This document shows positions 18,358-28,184 of a stretch of DNA of 64,000 nucleotides, one piece after another. How positions within the stretch are numbered: position 1 is the stretch's first letter; the number at the start of each line of letters is the position of its first letter. The DNA is taken from contig JBDKRG010000040.1 of assembly GCA_039683515.1 (NCBI GenBank), forward strand, positions 1,751 through 65,750, read 5' to 3'. The notes beneath the pieces are model-generated. The model worked only from the letters and a program-made list of their open reading frames with translations, made no database searches and was not told the DNA's origin. Origin of the DNA: Candidatus Sumerlaeia bacterium (GTDB lineage: Bacteria; Sumerlaeota; Sumerlaeia; MVZB01). A program made the translations under genes and the position numbers.

Positions 18358-21231
18358 ATGTCCATGCTGACCGCCGCCGACATCCGCCGCCTTTACGTCC
18401 AGTTCTTCGTGGAGCGCAACCACCGTCACGTCCCGAGCGCGCCGCTCGTGCCGCCCGACGACCCGACCCTGATGTTCACCTCGGCCGGCATGGTCCAGTT
18501 CAAGGCGCTCTACTCGGGCCAGGTGGCCCTGCCCTACACCCGCGCCACCACCGTCCAGAAGTGCCTGCGCGCCGGCGGCAAGGGCTCCGACCTCGAGAAC
18601 GTCGGCAAGACGCTGCGCCACCACACGTTCTTCGAGATGCTCGGCAACTTCAGCTTCGGCGACTACTTCAAGCGCGACGCCATCGCGTGGGCGTGGGACT
18701 TCTGCACCAGCGCCAAGTGGCTCGGCCTGCCCGCCGAGCGCATCTGGCCGACCGTCTACGGCAAGAAATCGAACGGCGACTGGATCGTCGACGAAGAGGC
18801 CCGCGACATTTGGAAAAAAGAAACCGGCAACATCAACCCGGTCACGCTCCTCGACGAGAAGGAAAACTTCTGGGGCCCGGCCGGCGAGACCGGCGCCTGC
18901 GGCCCATGCAGCGAAATCAAGTTCTTCATCGGCACCGACGAGGAGCTCAAGTATTACCAGGAGCTGGCGAAAAAAGGCGACCCGGCGTCGCTCAAGGAGA
19001 TCGCCCGCGACATCGTCGACAAGGGCGACCTGTTCCTCGAGATCTGGAACCTGGTCTTCCCGCAGTATGACCAGCAGCTCGACGGCTCGCGCCAACCGCT
19101 CAAGAACCGCGGCATCGACACCGGCATGGGCCTCGAGCGCACGACGACGTCGGTCCAGTTCATTCGCGGCGGCGGCCGAATCATGACCCCGTACGAGACC
19201 GACCTGTTCGCGCCGATGATCAAGGCCGTCAGCGAGATCGCCGGCATCCCGTACCCGACCGTGCACGATGACGCGAACGCTTCCGCGGCGATCGAGGCGC
19301 GCGGCATGAAACCCGCCGAAGTCCGCCTGGCGATGAATGCGATCGCCGACCACGCCCGCGCCCTGACGTTCACGCTCGCCGAAGGCCTGGTCCCGAGCAA
19401 CGAGGGGCGCGGTTACGTGCTGCGGCGAATTTTGCGCCGCGCGGCGCGGTTCGGCAAGAAGCTCGGCGTCAGCGAGCCGTTCATCTGGCGGCTCGTCCAG
19501 CCGGTCATCGGCGTGATGGGCGAGGCCTACCCCGAGCTCCTCAAGCACCCCGACATGATCGAGAAAACGATCCGCCTCGAGGAAGAGCGTTTCAACCGGA
19601 CGCTCAACCAGGGCAGCCAGCTCCTTGACGAGCTCCTTGCGAACATCGAGCCGGGCGGCACGCTCAAGGGCGACGACGCCTACCGCCTCTACGAGACCTA
19701 TGGCTACCCGATCGACCTCACGGTCGAGACGGCCGAGGAGCGCGGCATCAGCGTCGACACCGAGGGCTACGAGCTGGCGCTGGCCGAGGGCAAGTCGCGG
19801 GCGCGCGCCTCGTGGAAGGGCGGCGCCGGCGAGGCGCAGTGGGCCGAGATGCTCGCCGACCTCGGCAACGCGAACAAAACCGAGTTCATCGGCTACGAAT
19901 ACACCGAAGACGAGGCCGACGTGCTCGCCCTGATCTACAACGGCGAGCGCGTCGAGAAACTCGAGCCGGGGCAGTCGGGCATCGTTGTCCTCGACCGCAC
20001 GCCGTTCTACGCCGAATCCGGCGGCCAGATCGGCGACACCGGCCGCATCCTCGCCCTCATCGACCCCGAGCGCCACCCCGACCCGAACATGCGCATCGAG
20101 AACGACGACGTCAAGCTCGTCGGCGAACAGCTCATGGCGGTCGAGGACACGCAGAAGACGACCAACGGCTACACCATGCACTTCGGCGAGGCCGTCGACA
20201 CGATCGGCGTCAACCAGCGCGTCTACGCGCAGGTCGACGAGGCGCGCCGGCTCGCGACCGTCGCCAACCACTCGGCCACGCACCTCATGCAGGCGGCGCT
20301 CAAGAAGGTCATCGGCGCGCACGTCACGCAGCAGGGCTCGTTCGTCGGCCCCGAGGGCCTGCGCTTCGACTTCACCAACCCCGAGCCGGCCACGGCCGCC
20401 CAGCTGCGCCGCGTCGAGGAACTCGTCAACGAGATGATCCGCCGGAACGCGCCGGTCACAACCAAGGTAATGGACCTCGAAGAAGCCCGCCGCACCGGCG
20501 CCATCGCCCCGTTCGGCGAAAAATACGGCGCCCGCGTCCGCGTCATCACGATGGGCGCCGACGACGAAATCATTTCGCGCGAGTTCTGCGGCGGCACGCA
20601 CGCCGGCGCCACCGGCCAGATCGGGATGTTTGTCATTACGGGCGAGTCCTCGGTCGCCTCGGGCGTCCGCCGCATCGAGGGCCTGACCGGCGCGGCGGCC
20701 GTCGAGCGCGTCCTCAACGAGCGCGACATGCTCGCCGCCCTCTCGCGGCGGCTGTCGGCCCCGGCCGACCAGCTCGCCGACCGCCTCATCGCGATGCAGG
20801 ACGAGCTCAAGCACCTGCGCCGCCAGGTCGACGAGGCCCGCGCCGAAAAGGTCCGCGCCCAAGCCGCCGAGGCCGCCGGCGAGGCGCGCGAGATCAAGGG
20901 GATCAAGCTCGTCATCCAGCGCATCGACGGGGCCGACCTGGGCGCCCTGGCCCAGGCGTGGGACGCCCTGCGCCAGAAGAGCGACGCCAAAACCGTCGGT
21001 GTCTTCTGCGGCGTCGTCGACGACAAGGTCAACATGGTCGTCGGCGTGACGGCCGACGTCGCGACCAAGGAGTTCAACGCCCCGGCGATCATCCGCGAGG
21101 CGCTGGCCCCCTTGGGCGGCAAGGGCGGCGGCAAGCCGGTCATGGCCCGCGGCGGCGCCGGCCACCCCGAGCAACTCGACAAGACGCTCGAAGGGCTTCC
21201 GGCATTAGTTGAGCGCCTGATCAACAATTAA
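18358..21231 (+). CDS. alaS: Alanine--tRNA ligase
   Basis: Class II aaRS motifs (FTSAGMVQFK, HHTFFEMLGNFSFGDYFK), the editing-domain HxxxH (HSATHLMQAAL) and a C-terminal DHHA1 domain. Start at ATG 18358. Confidence 0.95.
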   Translation: MSMLTAADIRRLYVQFFVERNHRHVPSAPLVPPDDPTLMFTSAGMVQFKALYSGQVALPYTRATTVQKCLRAGGKGSDLENVGKTLRHHTFFEMLGNFSFGDYFKRDAIAWAWDFCTSAKWLGLPAERIWPTVYGKKSNGDWIVDEEARDIWKKETGNINPVTLLDEKENFWGPAGETGACGPCSEIKFFIGTDEELKYYQELAKKGDPASLKEIARDIVDKGDLFLEIWNLVFPQYDQQLDGSRQPLKNRGIDTGMGLERTTTSVQFIRGGGRIMTPYETDLFAPMIKAVSEIAGIPYPTVHDDANASAAIEARGMKPAEVRLAMNAIADHARALTFTLAEGLVPSNEGRGYVLRRILRRAARFGKKLGVSEPFIWRLVQPVIGVMGEAYPELLKHPDMIEKTIRLEEERFNRTLNQGSQLLDELLANIEPGGTLKGDDAYRLYETYGYPIDLTVETAEERGISVDTEGYELALAEGKSRARASWKGGAGEAQWAEMLADLGNANKTEFIGYEYTEDEADVLALIYNGERVEKLEPGQSGIVVLDRTPFYAESGGQIGDTGRILALIDPERHPDPNMRIENDDVKLVGEQLMAVEDTQKTTNGYTMHFGEAVDTIGVNQRVYAQVDEARRLATVANHSATHLMQAALKKVIGAHVTQQGSFVGPEGLRFDFTNPEPATAAQLRRVEELVNEMIRRNAPVTTKVMDLEEARRTGAIAPFGEKYGARVRVITMGADDEIISREFCGGTHAGATGQIGMFVITGESSVASGVRRIEGLTGAAAVERVLNERDMLAALSRRLSAPADQLADRLIAMQDELKHLRRQVDEARAEKVRAQAAEAAGEAREIKGIKLVIQRIDGADLGALAQAWDALRQKSDAKTVGVFCGVVDDKVNMVVGVTADVATKEFNAPAIIREALAPLGGKGGGKPVMARGGAGHPEQLDKTLEGLPALVERLINN

Positions 21232-21394
21232 AACACTTTTCAAGCAGTCGCGTTTTGCGCAATAAACTGTTTTTTTCTTGGCCATTGGAATTTACTGATG
21301 TATACATTTTAGTGGATCAAACGCATACTGGTTATCCTGCACCAGTTGCTGAAGCCGGCACGGTCGGCTTGACTTAGTTGGACAAAGGAGTCGG

Positions 21395-21574
21395 ATGATG
21401 AAGCGTTGGTTCACATATGTTTGCATTCTTGGTGTGATGGGTATCTCCGGGCTTGCCTGCCAGAAGCAGCCGGCGGCGCCGCAGTCGGCCCCTCCCGAGC
21501 CGACCAATGTTGAGGAGACGACGACCGGCACGACGACAACGGCCCCGGCCCCGGCTCCGACTGAGGCCCAGTAA
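21395..21574 (+). CDS. Small lipoprotein (59 aa), Thr/Pro-rich
   Basis: RBS aaaggag 6 nt upstream. Lipobox GISGLAC. Followed by a strong intrinsic terminator. Confidence 0.55.
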   Translation: MMKRWFTYVCILGVMGISGLACQKQPAAPQSAPPEPTNVEETTTGTTTTAPAPAPTEAQ

Positions 21575-21632
21575 AGCAAATCGTTTTTCTCGACCCGGCC
21601 GCCCCGGCGGTTTCGGGTCGATCATGGGATCC

Positions 21633-21673
21633 AAAGCAGGCGAACCCCACGGGGTGTTCGCCTGCTTTTTTTT
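21633..21673 (+). terminator. Rho-independent terminator
   Basis: Stem aaagcaggcgaac / gttcgcctgcttt with loop cccacgggg, followed by an 8-T run. Confidence 0.8.
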
Positions 21674-21753
21674 CCATCACGGCGCCATCGCCTCCAGTGC
21701 GCACCCATGCCCGCGGCCTAGTACCACTCTGCCACTCCGCACGATCAGCTTTC

Positions 21754-21960
21754 TTTTTGCGCTGAAGGCGCAAGAGATCATAGCCTGGGGCGGAGCGAAG
21801 CGCAGCCCCAGGTCACGAACCGCACCCAACCGGAGCTCTGAAAGAGCGAGAGAAATCGGCTTCTCCCGCGCCTTCAGCGCTCCAACGATATTGCGTCGTT
21901 TACCTGGGGCTGCGCTTCGCTCCGCCCCAGGCTGTACTCTTACGCGCTTTCAGCGCTTGG
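21754..21960. repeat. Structured intergenic repeat element family 1, copy B
   Basis: Aligns with 1853-2060 along its length: the same modules gcgctgaaggcgcaagagat..atagcctgggg, agctctgaaagagcg, cgcgccttcagcgc, cctggggytgcgcttcgctcc.ccccagg and cgcgctttcagcgctt. Confidence 0.8.
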
Positions 21961-22298
21961 GATCGCTTGCATCTCAAAACATACGACCTATGGCAGAGCA
22001 GTAATAGAGCACTTGACCAAAGTTATCGGTTCGCGTTCGTGCTCGTGCTCGTGCTCGTAATCGAATCAGCACCAAGCTTCGAAACCAAGCCCCGTCTCGA
22101 TTACGGCGATTGCCGTAAGACTTTCACTCGTTCCGGGTTCGCAATCCAAAGCCGGCTGTGTCATCGCTAGCCACCGCCGCACCGCCTCTGTGTCCTTTCG
22201 ATCCACAACGATCTCCCTGCCGCAACCCGTCTGCCTCCACCTCATCGTTTTTTCCTAATATATTCGTGCTTTTCGGCCCGCCGGCGCCTCCGCGCGAG

Positions 22299-22315
22299 TT
22301 GGCACTGAGTTTGCA
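22299..22315 (+). promoter_or_regulatory. σ54 (RpoN) -24/-12 promoter
   Basis: ttGGCACtgagtTTGCA matches TGGCAC-N5-TTGCW with correct GG/GC spacing, ~100 bp upstream of hsp20 at 22417. An NtrC-family σ54 activator gene lies at 50848-52230. Confidence 0.6.
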
Positions 22316-22416
22316 ATCTCCTATGCGCGTCGAGGCCGAATCAGCGGAGCACGCTCGAGGCCTCGGCCCTCGGGGACCGCCACCCGATGCACCCCTTGAT
22401 TCAGGAGGATTGGATC

Positions 22417-22884
22417 ATGTCATTCGCATGGGATCCTTTCCGTGAAATGGAGTCGCTCCATCGCGAGATCGACCGTCTGTTCAATCAGCCCCACTGGCAG
22501 TCCCACTGGCGCACGCCGCTGAGCCGCGTCTCGTTCCTGCCGGGGCTGTCGGCGCGGGCCTACCCGCTCCTGCGGCTCGACGACCAGGCCAACGAGATCG
22601 TCGTCGAGGCCCTGGCGCCCGGGGTTGACGTGGATTCGCTCAAGGTATCGGTCGTCAACCAGCAGCTGCGCATCGAGGGGACGAAGCCCGCCCCCGCGGG
22701 CATCGAAGCCGAGGCGTATCACCGCAACGAACGCTCGGCCGGCGCCTTCGTGCGCATCCTGTCGCTGCCGGCCTCGGTCAACCCCGACAAGATCTCGGCC
22801 GACTACAAGAACGGCGTCCTGTCGATCCGGATGCCGAAGGCCGAACACGCGCGGCCGCGCCAGATCTCGGTCAACGTCCAGTAG
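22417..22884 (+). CDS. Hsp20/alpha-crystallin small heat-shock protein
   Basis: Alpha-crystallin domain features: the WDPFREM start typical of bacterial sHSPs, and a C-terminal GVLSIRMPK pattern. Confidence 0.85.
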   Translation: MSFAWDPFREMESLHREIDRLFNQPHWQSHWRTPLSRVSFLPGLSARAYPLLRLDDQANEIVVEALAPGVDVDSLKVSVVNQQLRIEGTKPAPAGIEAEAYHRNERSAGAFVRILSLPASVNPDKISADYKNGVLSIRMPKAEHARPRQISVNVQ

Positions 22885-22918
22885 CCCGAGCGTAATCCTT
22901 CATACGGAGGTAATTAAC

Positions 22919-23323
22919 ATGGCAGAGAATACAATCCAAACCACGGGCAACGCCGTCGCCGAAGCCGCGCGCACCCCGTCCGTAACCCGCGACGAGGAAC
23001 GCTACCAGGTCCCGCCCGCCGACATTTTCGAGACCAACGGCGACCTGACCGTCGTGGCCGACCTGCCGGGCGTGGAGAAGGACGGCCTCAAGGTGCGCGT
23101 CGACGACGACGTCCTGACCATCGAGGGCAAGGTCCGCCACATGGAGAAACGGGCCAACCTCATCAACGAGTTCGAGCTGGTCGATTACTTCCGCCAGTTC
23201 CGGTTGAGCGAGGAAATCGACCGGGAGAAGATCTCGGCGGAGCTCAAGAACGGTGTCCTGACGCTGAAGCTTCCCAAGGCCGAAGCCGCCAAGCCCCGCC
23301 AGATCGAAGTCAAGATGGCGTAA
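22919..23323 (+). CDS. Hsp20/alpha-crystallin small heat-shock protein (second copy)
   Basis: PADIFETNGDLTVVADLPGVEKDGLKVRVDDDVLTIEGK ... AELKNGVLTLKLPK is the canonical alpha-crystallin domain pattern. RBS ggaggt upstream. Confidence 0.85.
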   Translation: MAENTIQTTGNAVAEAARTPSVTRDEERYQVPPADIFETNGDLTVVADLPGVEKDGLKVRVDDDVLTIEGKVRHMEKRANLINEFELVDYFRQFRLSEEIDREKISAELKNGVLTLKLPKAEAAKPRQIEVKMA

Positions 23324-23373
23324 GTAGATTGCGGATTTCGGATTGCGGATTGCGGAATTAATAATTCAATTGG

Positions 23374-23406
23374 AATGGCCGGTGCATTTGCCGGCCATTT
23401 TCTTTG
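23374..23406. terminator. Bidirectional intrinsic terminator between convergent hsp20 and FGE genes
   Basis: aatggccggtgcatttgccggccatt hairpin followed by ttttctttg. Confidence 0.6.
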
Positions 23407-23409
23407 CCA

Positions 23410-24222
23410 TTATTTCGTCATGACCACGCGCAGGCCCCAGCTGCCGAAGTGGGATGATGGGGCGTAGTAGGAGTAGCGGGCGGCAGGCCGGCAATACGCG
23501 GCGGGGCTGTCGTAGGAGCCGCCGCGAATCACGCGAAACGGCCCTCGTTTTGCCCCGTCGATCCACACGACCGCGACGGCCGGCGCGCCGGCATATTGAT
23601 CGTGCCAGTCGTCCTCGCACCACTCGCCGACGTTCCCCAACATGTCGTAAAGGCCCAACGCGTTCGGGAGCCGGCCGCCGACCGCGTGCGTCGTCTTCGT
23701 GGAATTGCCGTCGTACCACGCGTAATTCTTCAGGAGCTCCGGTCCATCGCCGAACGGCCAACGCGTCTGTGTTCCGGCGCGGCAGGCGTATTCCCACTCG
23801 GCCTCGGCCGGGAGCCGGAATTTCCCCCGTTTCAACGCGTTGAGCTTGGCGATGAATTTCCGGCAATCGTTCCACGAGACATTCTCGACCGGGCAGTTGT
23901 CATCGCCCTTGTGGTCGGAGGTATTCGTCCCCATGACCGCGAACCACTGCTTCTGGGTGACCTCGTATTTGCCCATGTAAAAATCGTTGCCGACGACGAC
24001 CGGGTGCCGGGGGGCCTCGTGCGGATTTTTGTAAGCCGCCTCCGGATCCGGCGCCGATCCCATCGTAAACGTCCCGGCCGGAATTTTGACCAGCTCGAGC
24101 GGAACATCGCCCGGCAGCATGACGGTCAACGTCGCGGTCCCGCCCGTTTGGCTGGATGGCACATTCGAGGCCGCATGCGCCGAGGCAATCAGCATCAGAA
24201 AGAGGGCCCAAAATCGAGTCAT
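23410..24222 (-). CDS. Formylglycine-generating-enzyme (FGE/SUMF1) family domain protein, secreted
   Basis: Signal peptide MTRFWALFLMLIASAHA. FGE-sulfatase blocks (RHPVVVGNDFYMGKYEVTQKQW, RLPAEAEWEYACRAG, GNVGEWCED, RVIRGGSY). Confidence 0.85.
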   Translation of the reverse strand: MTRFWALFLMLIASAHAASNVPSSQTGGTATLTVMLPGDVPLELVKIPAGTFTMGSAPDPEAAYKNPHEAPRHPVVVGNDFYMGKYEVTQKQWFAVMGTNTSDHKGDDNCPVENVSWNDCRKFIAKLNALKRGKFRLPAEAEWEYACRAGTQTRWPFGDGPELLKNYAWYDGNSTKTTHAVGGRLPNALGLYDMLGNVGEWCEDDWHDQYAGAPAVAVVWIDGAKRGPFRVIRGGSYDSPAAYCRPAARYSYYAPSSHFGSWGLRVVMTK

Positions 24223-24458
24223 GGTTGATTCCTCTGTGAGGCCATGATGCACCGATGATTTGATCGATGTCAAATGACACATTTCCCCCAAGCCGCCGGA
24301 CTCCGCGGCCAATCCCGGGATTTTCGGGAAATATTGCGTTTGTTCGGGTTTTAAGTTGACAGTTTGGCGAAGCTGGTGCATTCATGAACGCGGGTAGGCC
24401 CGTTCGCCCTGGCGGGTGGGCTGTGCCTTGTCGGCAGGCACTTGCTCGGAGGTTTCGG

Positions 24459-26096
24459 ATGACAGGCGGCAACGTTCTTAATCGTGTGATCAAAACGCTG
24501 GGCATCGGCTCGGCTCTGGCGGCCATGGCCATCAGTTCCATCATGGCCGGAGCCCAGGCGCCGACCACCGGCACCACGGCCGCGGCCAAGCCGACCACCG
24601 GCACGGCCGCCGTTGCGCCGGCCCCCTCGCTCGTCGCCGACACGATCACGATCACCACCGACACCAAGCCCCTGATCCAGAACATGCTCGAGGCGACCAC
24701 GGGCACCCAGACTCAGCCCCAGACGACCATCGGCTCGCAAATCGTCTCGGCCACCTCGGGGACGCTCAGCGGCGCCTCGCAGACGCTGGCCGACATTCTC
24801 GGCACGACCGGCACCACGCCGTCGACGACGGCTCCCGCCGAAGTCGCCGCCCCGCAGGCCCCGGCGATCCCGACGACCGGCGCCGCCGTCGCCCCGCCCG
24901 AGGGCGAAGAGCCGGTCTACATGCAGAAGCGCGGCGAAATGCGCATCTTCGACCCGGGCCGCGGCGAAGGCGTCAGCCCGCTGCAGCAGGCCGTCCAGCA
25001 GATGCGCGAGCAGACCCTGGCCGAGCGCAAGCCGATCCAGAGCCGCGTTTACGACATCGCCTCGTATCACTACGTGATCGAGGGCAAGGACGAGGCCAGC
25101 GCGGTCCGCGAGGCCGAGCTGCGCGCCCTGATGTCCGCCTCGGCGCGGCTTTATTTCGGCGACAAGATCATTATCGGCCGCGAGCTGCTCCGGCCGTACC
25201 TGGCCCGCTCCGGCGAGAAGGCGATCGCCGACGTGGTGATCGACCGCCGCCCGCACGTCCTGGCCGACGGCAAGCTCCAGATGCCGATCCGGGTCAGCGT
25301 CAACGTCCCGATGCTCTTCCAGGACCTGGCCGACAAGCAGTTCGTCGCCGAACCCAACATCCGCCCGCGCATGACGATCCACGTCCGCGAGATGGTCGAT
25401 GGCAAGCCGGCCTCCTCCACGCCGGGTGCCGACCGCCTGACCTCGACGATGGAAAACAACCTGTTCCGCATCCACTCCAAGGAGATGGAAAAACCCGCGC
25501 TCAACATCGACCTCTCCAAGGACGCCGGCCAGTTCCAGACCGCCCGCCTCGAGGCCGAGCGCAACAACATCGATGTCATCCTGACCGGCTCGATCAACAC
25601 CCTGCCGATCACCACCGGCCAGATCCTGTACGATACGTATCACTTCTGGAAGACCGACCTCGACCTCTACCTCTACCGCGTCGACAACGGCGAGTTGGTC
25701 GCCCACCTTCAGGATTCGTATTCGGCCGCCGGCGACAGCACCGAGCACGCCATCGCCAAGACGCTCGACGTCATGGTCGGGCGCACCGGCGGCAAGCTCG
25801 CGATGATCCTGCGCGACGTGTGGCCGAGCACGATGCTCAACGAGATGGATTACCGCCTGATGATCAGCGGCGTCGACCTCGCCCGCCTCGGCCACATCGA
25901 GTCGATGCTCAAGGCGCTGTGCCCGGAGATGCGGATCTACCGCAAGGCGTTCTACGGCGACGTCGCCGTGATCAACATCGTCCTGCCCGAGGGCAAGACG
26001 ATCGACCTCGGCGGCTTCCTGCGCCGCGCGACCGACCCGCAGCTCATCGTCCGCCGTTACGACGACCGCCACTACGAGATCGAACCGATCGGTTGA
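24459..26096 (+). CDS. Hypothetical secreted protein with a Thr/Gly-rich N-terminal low-complexity region
   Basis: Signal peptide MTGGNVLNRVIKTLGIGSALAAMAISSIMAGAQA, then T/G/A/P-rich spacer, then a ~350-aa globular region with no motif I recognise. Confidence 0.6.
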   Translation: MTGGNVLNRVIKTLGIGSALAAMAISSIMAGAQAPTTGTTAAAKPTTGTAAVAPAPSLVADTITITTDTKPLIQNMLEATTGTQTQPQTTIGSQIVSATSGTLSGASQTLADILGTTGTTPSTTAPAEVAAPQAPAIPTTGAAVAPPEGEEPVYMQKRGEMRIFDPGRGEGVSPLQQAVQQMREQTLAERKPIQSRVYDIASYHYVIEGKDEASAVREAELRALMSASARLYFGDKIIIGRELLRPYLARSGEKAIADVVIDRRPHVLADGKLQMPIRVSVNVPMLFQDLADKQFVAEPNIRPRMTIHVREMVDGKPASSTPGADRLTSTMENNLFRIHSKEMEKPALNIDLSKDAGQFQTARLEAERNNIDVILTGSINTLPITTGQILYDTYHFWKTDLDLYLYRVDNGELVAHLQDSYSAAGDSTEHAIAKTLDVMVGRTGGKLAMILRDVWPSTMLNEMDYRLMISGVDLARLGHIESMLKALCPEMRIYRKAFYGDVAVINIVLPEGKTIDLGGFLRRATDPQLIVRRYDDRHYEIEPIG

Positions 26097-26215
26097 TCCG
26101 ATTGCGGATTGGGGATTTCGGAATGCGGATTTCGGAATTGATTCCGGAATCCGCATTTTTCTTTCAATTCCGCAATCCGCAATCCGAAATCCGCAATTCC
26201 AATTGGCAGTCGTTC
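26096..26215. repeat. Palindromic array of (gcggatt)-type heptamers forming a long imperfect hairpin
   Basis: cgattgcggattggggatttcggaatgcggatttcggaattg | attccggaatccgcatttttctttcaattccgcaatccgcaatccgaaatccgcaattccaattgg. A related half-array occurs at 23328-23378. Confidence 0.85.
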
Positions 26216-26246
26216 CGCGGCTGCGTTATGATTCACATGCGGAGCA

Positions 26247-26780
26247 TTGACGATGACCGAGTCGCCACAGACCTCGCCCCAACCGACCCAGGCGCCCGCC
26301 ACGCCGCGCGTGCGCCCGGCCGTGCTGGCCGATGCCGACGCCATCTACGAGCTGATCGCGGAGGCCGCCCGCACCACCACCGTCCTGCCCCGCGACCGCG
26401 AAAACATCTGCCAGGCCGTGCGCGATTTCGTCCTGGTCGAGTGCGACGGGCGCATCATCGGCTGCGGCGCGCTGGGCCTGTTCACCCGGACGCTGGCCGA
26501 GGTCCGCTCGCTCGTCGTCGCCGCCGACTGGCGCGGCCGCGGCATCGGCCGGCTGCTGATCGGCGGCCTCGTCGGGGAAGCCACCCGCCTCGGCGTGCGC
26601 CGCCTGTTCGCCCTGACCGACAGCCGCGGTTTCTTCGAGGCCAACGGCTTCAAGCTCGTCTCCAAGGAAAGCCTCCCGCACAAGGTCTGGAACGAGTGCG
26701 TCTTTTGCCCCAAGTTCCTGCACTGCGAGGAAGAGGCGGTGGACATGCTGTTGACACCTGGCGAGAAAGCCGCCGAATGA
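26247..26780 (+). CDS. GNAT-family N-acetyltransferase
   Basis: Acetyl-CoA-binding motif A (RGRGIGRLL, i.e. Q/RxxGxG/A) and the overall GNAT fold pattern. Confidence 0.8.
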   Translation: MTMTESPQTSPQPTQAPATPRVRPAVLADADAIYELIAEAARTTTVLPRDRENICQAVRDFVLVECDGRIIGCGALGLFTRTLAEVRSLVVAADWRGRGIGRLLIGGLVGEATRLGVRRLFALTDSRGFFEANGFKLVSKESLPHKVWNECVFCPKFLHCEEEAVDMLLTPGEKAAE

Positions 26781-26884
26781 AAAACGGCTTCCCATGTCGT
26801 GCTCGTGTTATGACGAAAAGATGTTGGAAGTCCTCGTGCTCGTGCTCGTGCTCGTGCTCGTAATCGTAATCGAAGATCAAACTT

Positions 26885-28180
26885 ATGACAGACAAAACTG
26901 ACACCAACACCTTGCCCCGCGTCCTCATCGTCGACGACAACGTCAGCTACCGCGACGCCTTCCGCCGCAACCTGCTCCTGCAGGGCTACGAGGTCGCCGA
27001 GGCCGGCAACATGGACGAGGCCCTGGCCGTCCTGGGCGAGCACGCCGCCGACGTCGTCGTCACCGACCTCTCGATGCGCCACCCGACCGAAGGGCTCGAC
27101 CTGATCCGCCAGGCCCGCTCGATCAACCCGCACCTGCCGATCATCATGATTTCGGCCGTCGGGACGTTCGAGGAAGGCGCCGAGGCCTCGCGGCTGGGCG
27201 CGCGCACCGTCATCAGCAAGAGCAAGATCGACGAGGAGATGGACAACCTGTTCAAGGCGATCGACCAGGCCTGGGAGGAGTTCCGCAAAAGCTGCGAGCT
27301 CTCCGGCCGCATCGCCGAGCTTCGCCGCCAGGGCGAGTCCGATCCCGCCAGGGCGATCGAGACGCTCCGCCAGATCGTCGGCAGGCCCGAGACCCCGGCC
27401 TCGATCAAGGGCGAGGCGTTCGACGTCATCAGCGAGCTGAGCGCCGCCGACCTGATGCAGTCCTCGCGCAAGGACATGGACCGCGCCCGGGCCGAGGCCG
27501 CCAGCCGCGACATCTTCGAGCAGGTCGACCGCAACCTGGCCGAGGCGGTCGCCGTGTGGGCCGACCTCGAGCAGCAGACCCGCGAGGCCCTGCGCACCGC
27601 CGAGTTCCTCTACGTCCACGGCGAGCAGCTCGAATCCTCCGTCGACTTCTCGCGCTCGATCGGCTTCTCCTACTGCTTCGCGATCGAGAACGAGGTCAAG
27701 CACCGGCTCCGCAAGAAATTCCAGCGCTTCTTCGGCGATCCGAAAACGATCGATCTCGTCCATGCCCTGCTCGAGCAGAACCGCAGATCGATTTCGATCT
27801 TCTACCACCAGTACCTGCTTCGCATCCAGCGCGACCACACGCTCGACGTCACGATCGACAACGTCTACCAGACGCTGATGCGCATCACGGAGCACCAGGG
27901 CCGCTACAAGCCCGACGGCCTCAAGGCGCTCGGCATCGTGCTGCTGTGCTTCGGCCGCACCTACAGCTTCAAGAAGTTCAACCAGGAAGTCGCCGTCAAG
28001 AACCCGCTCGAGATCGGCGGCCTCGCCGACGGCGACATGGTCCGCTTCGCCAAGCTCCTCACCAACCTCCAGCATTACCGCAACCCATACATCCACCCCG
28101 AGATCAGCGAGATGGAAAAGCTCTCCAACATCCGCCAAACCAGCTTCGATTGCCTCAACATCATGGCCAAAATCGAGTAG
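26885..28180 (+). CDS. Receiver-domain protein with an uncharacterised ~300-aa C-terminal domain (possible HEPN-like Rx4H motif)
   Basis: Receiver: RVLIVDDN, VVVTDLSM, SAVGTFEEGAEASRLGARTVISK. The C-terminal domain has no motif I recognise except LQHYRNPYIHPE (R-x4-H) near the end. Preceded by the (gtgctc)n(gtaatc)n repeat ending 5 bp before the ATG. Confidence 0.7.
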   Translation: MTDKTDTNTLPRVLIVDDNVSYRDAFRRNLLLQGYEVAEAGNMDEALAVLGEHAADVVVTDLSMRHPTEGLDLIRQARSINPHLPIIMISAVGTFEEGAEASRLGARTVISKSKIDEEMDNLFKAIDQAWEEFRKSCELSGRIAELRRQGESDPARAIETLRQIVGRPETPASIKGEAFDVISELSAADLMQSSRKDMDRARAEAASRDIFEQVDRNLAEAVAVWADLEQQTREALRTAEFLYVHGEQLESSVDFSRSIGFSYCFAIENEVKHRLRKKFQRFFGDPKTIDLVHALLEQNRRSISIFYHQYLLRIQRDHTLDVTIDNVYQTLMRITEHQGRYKPDGLKALGIVLLCFGRTYSFKKFNQEVAVKNPLEIGGLADGDMVRFAKLLTNLQHYRNPYIHPEISEMEKLSNIRQTSFDCLNIMAKIE

Positions 28181-28184
28181 AATA

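Noticed and set aside
18283-21174. 963-aa minus-strand ORF
   Set aside because: Antisense of alaS.
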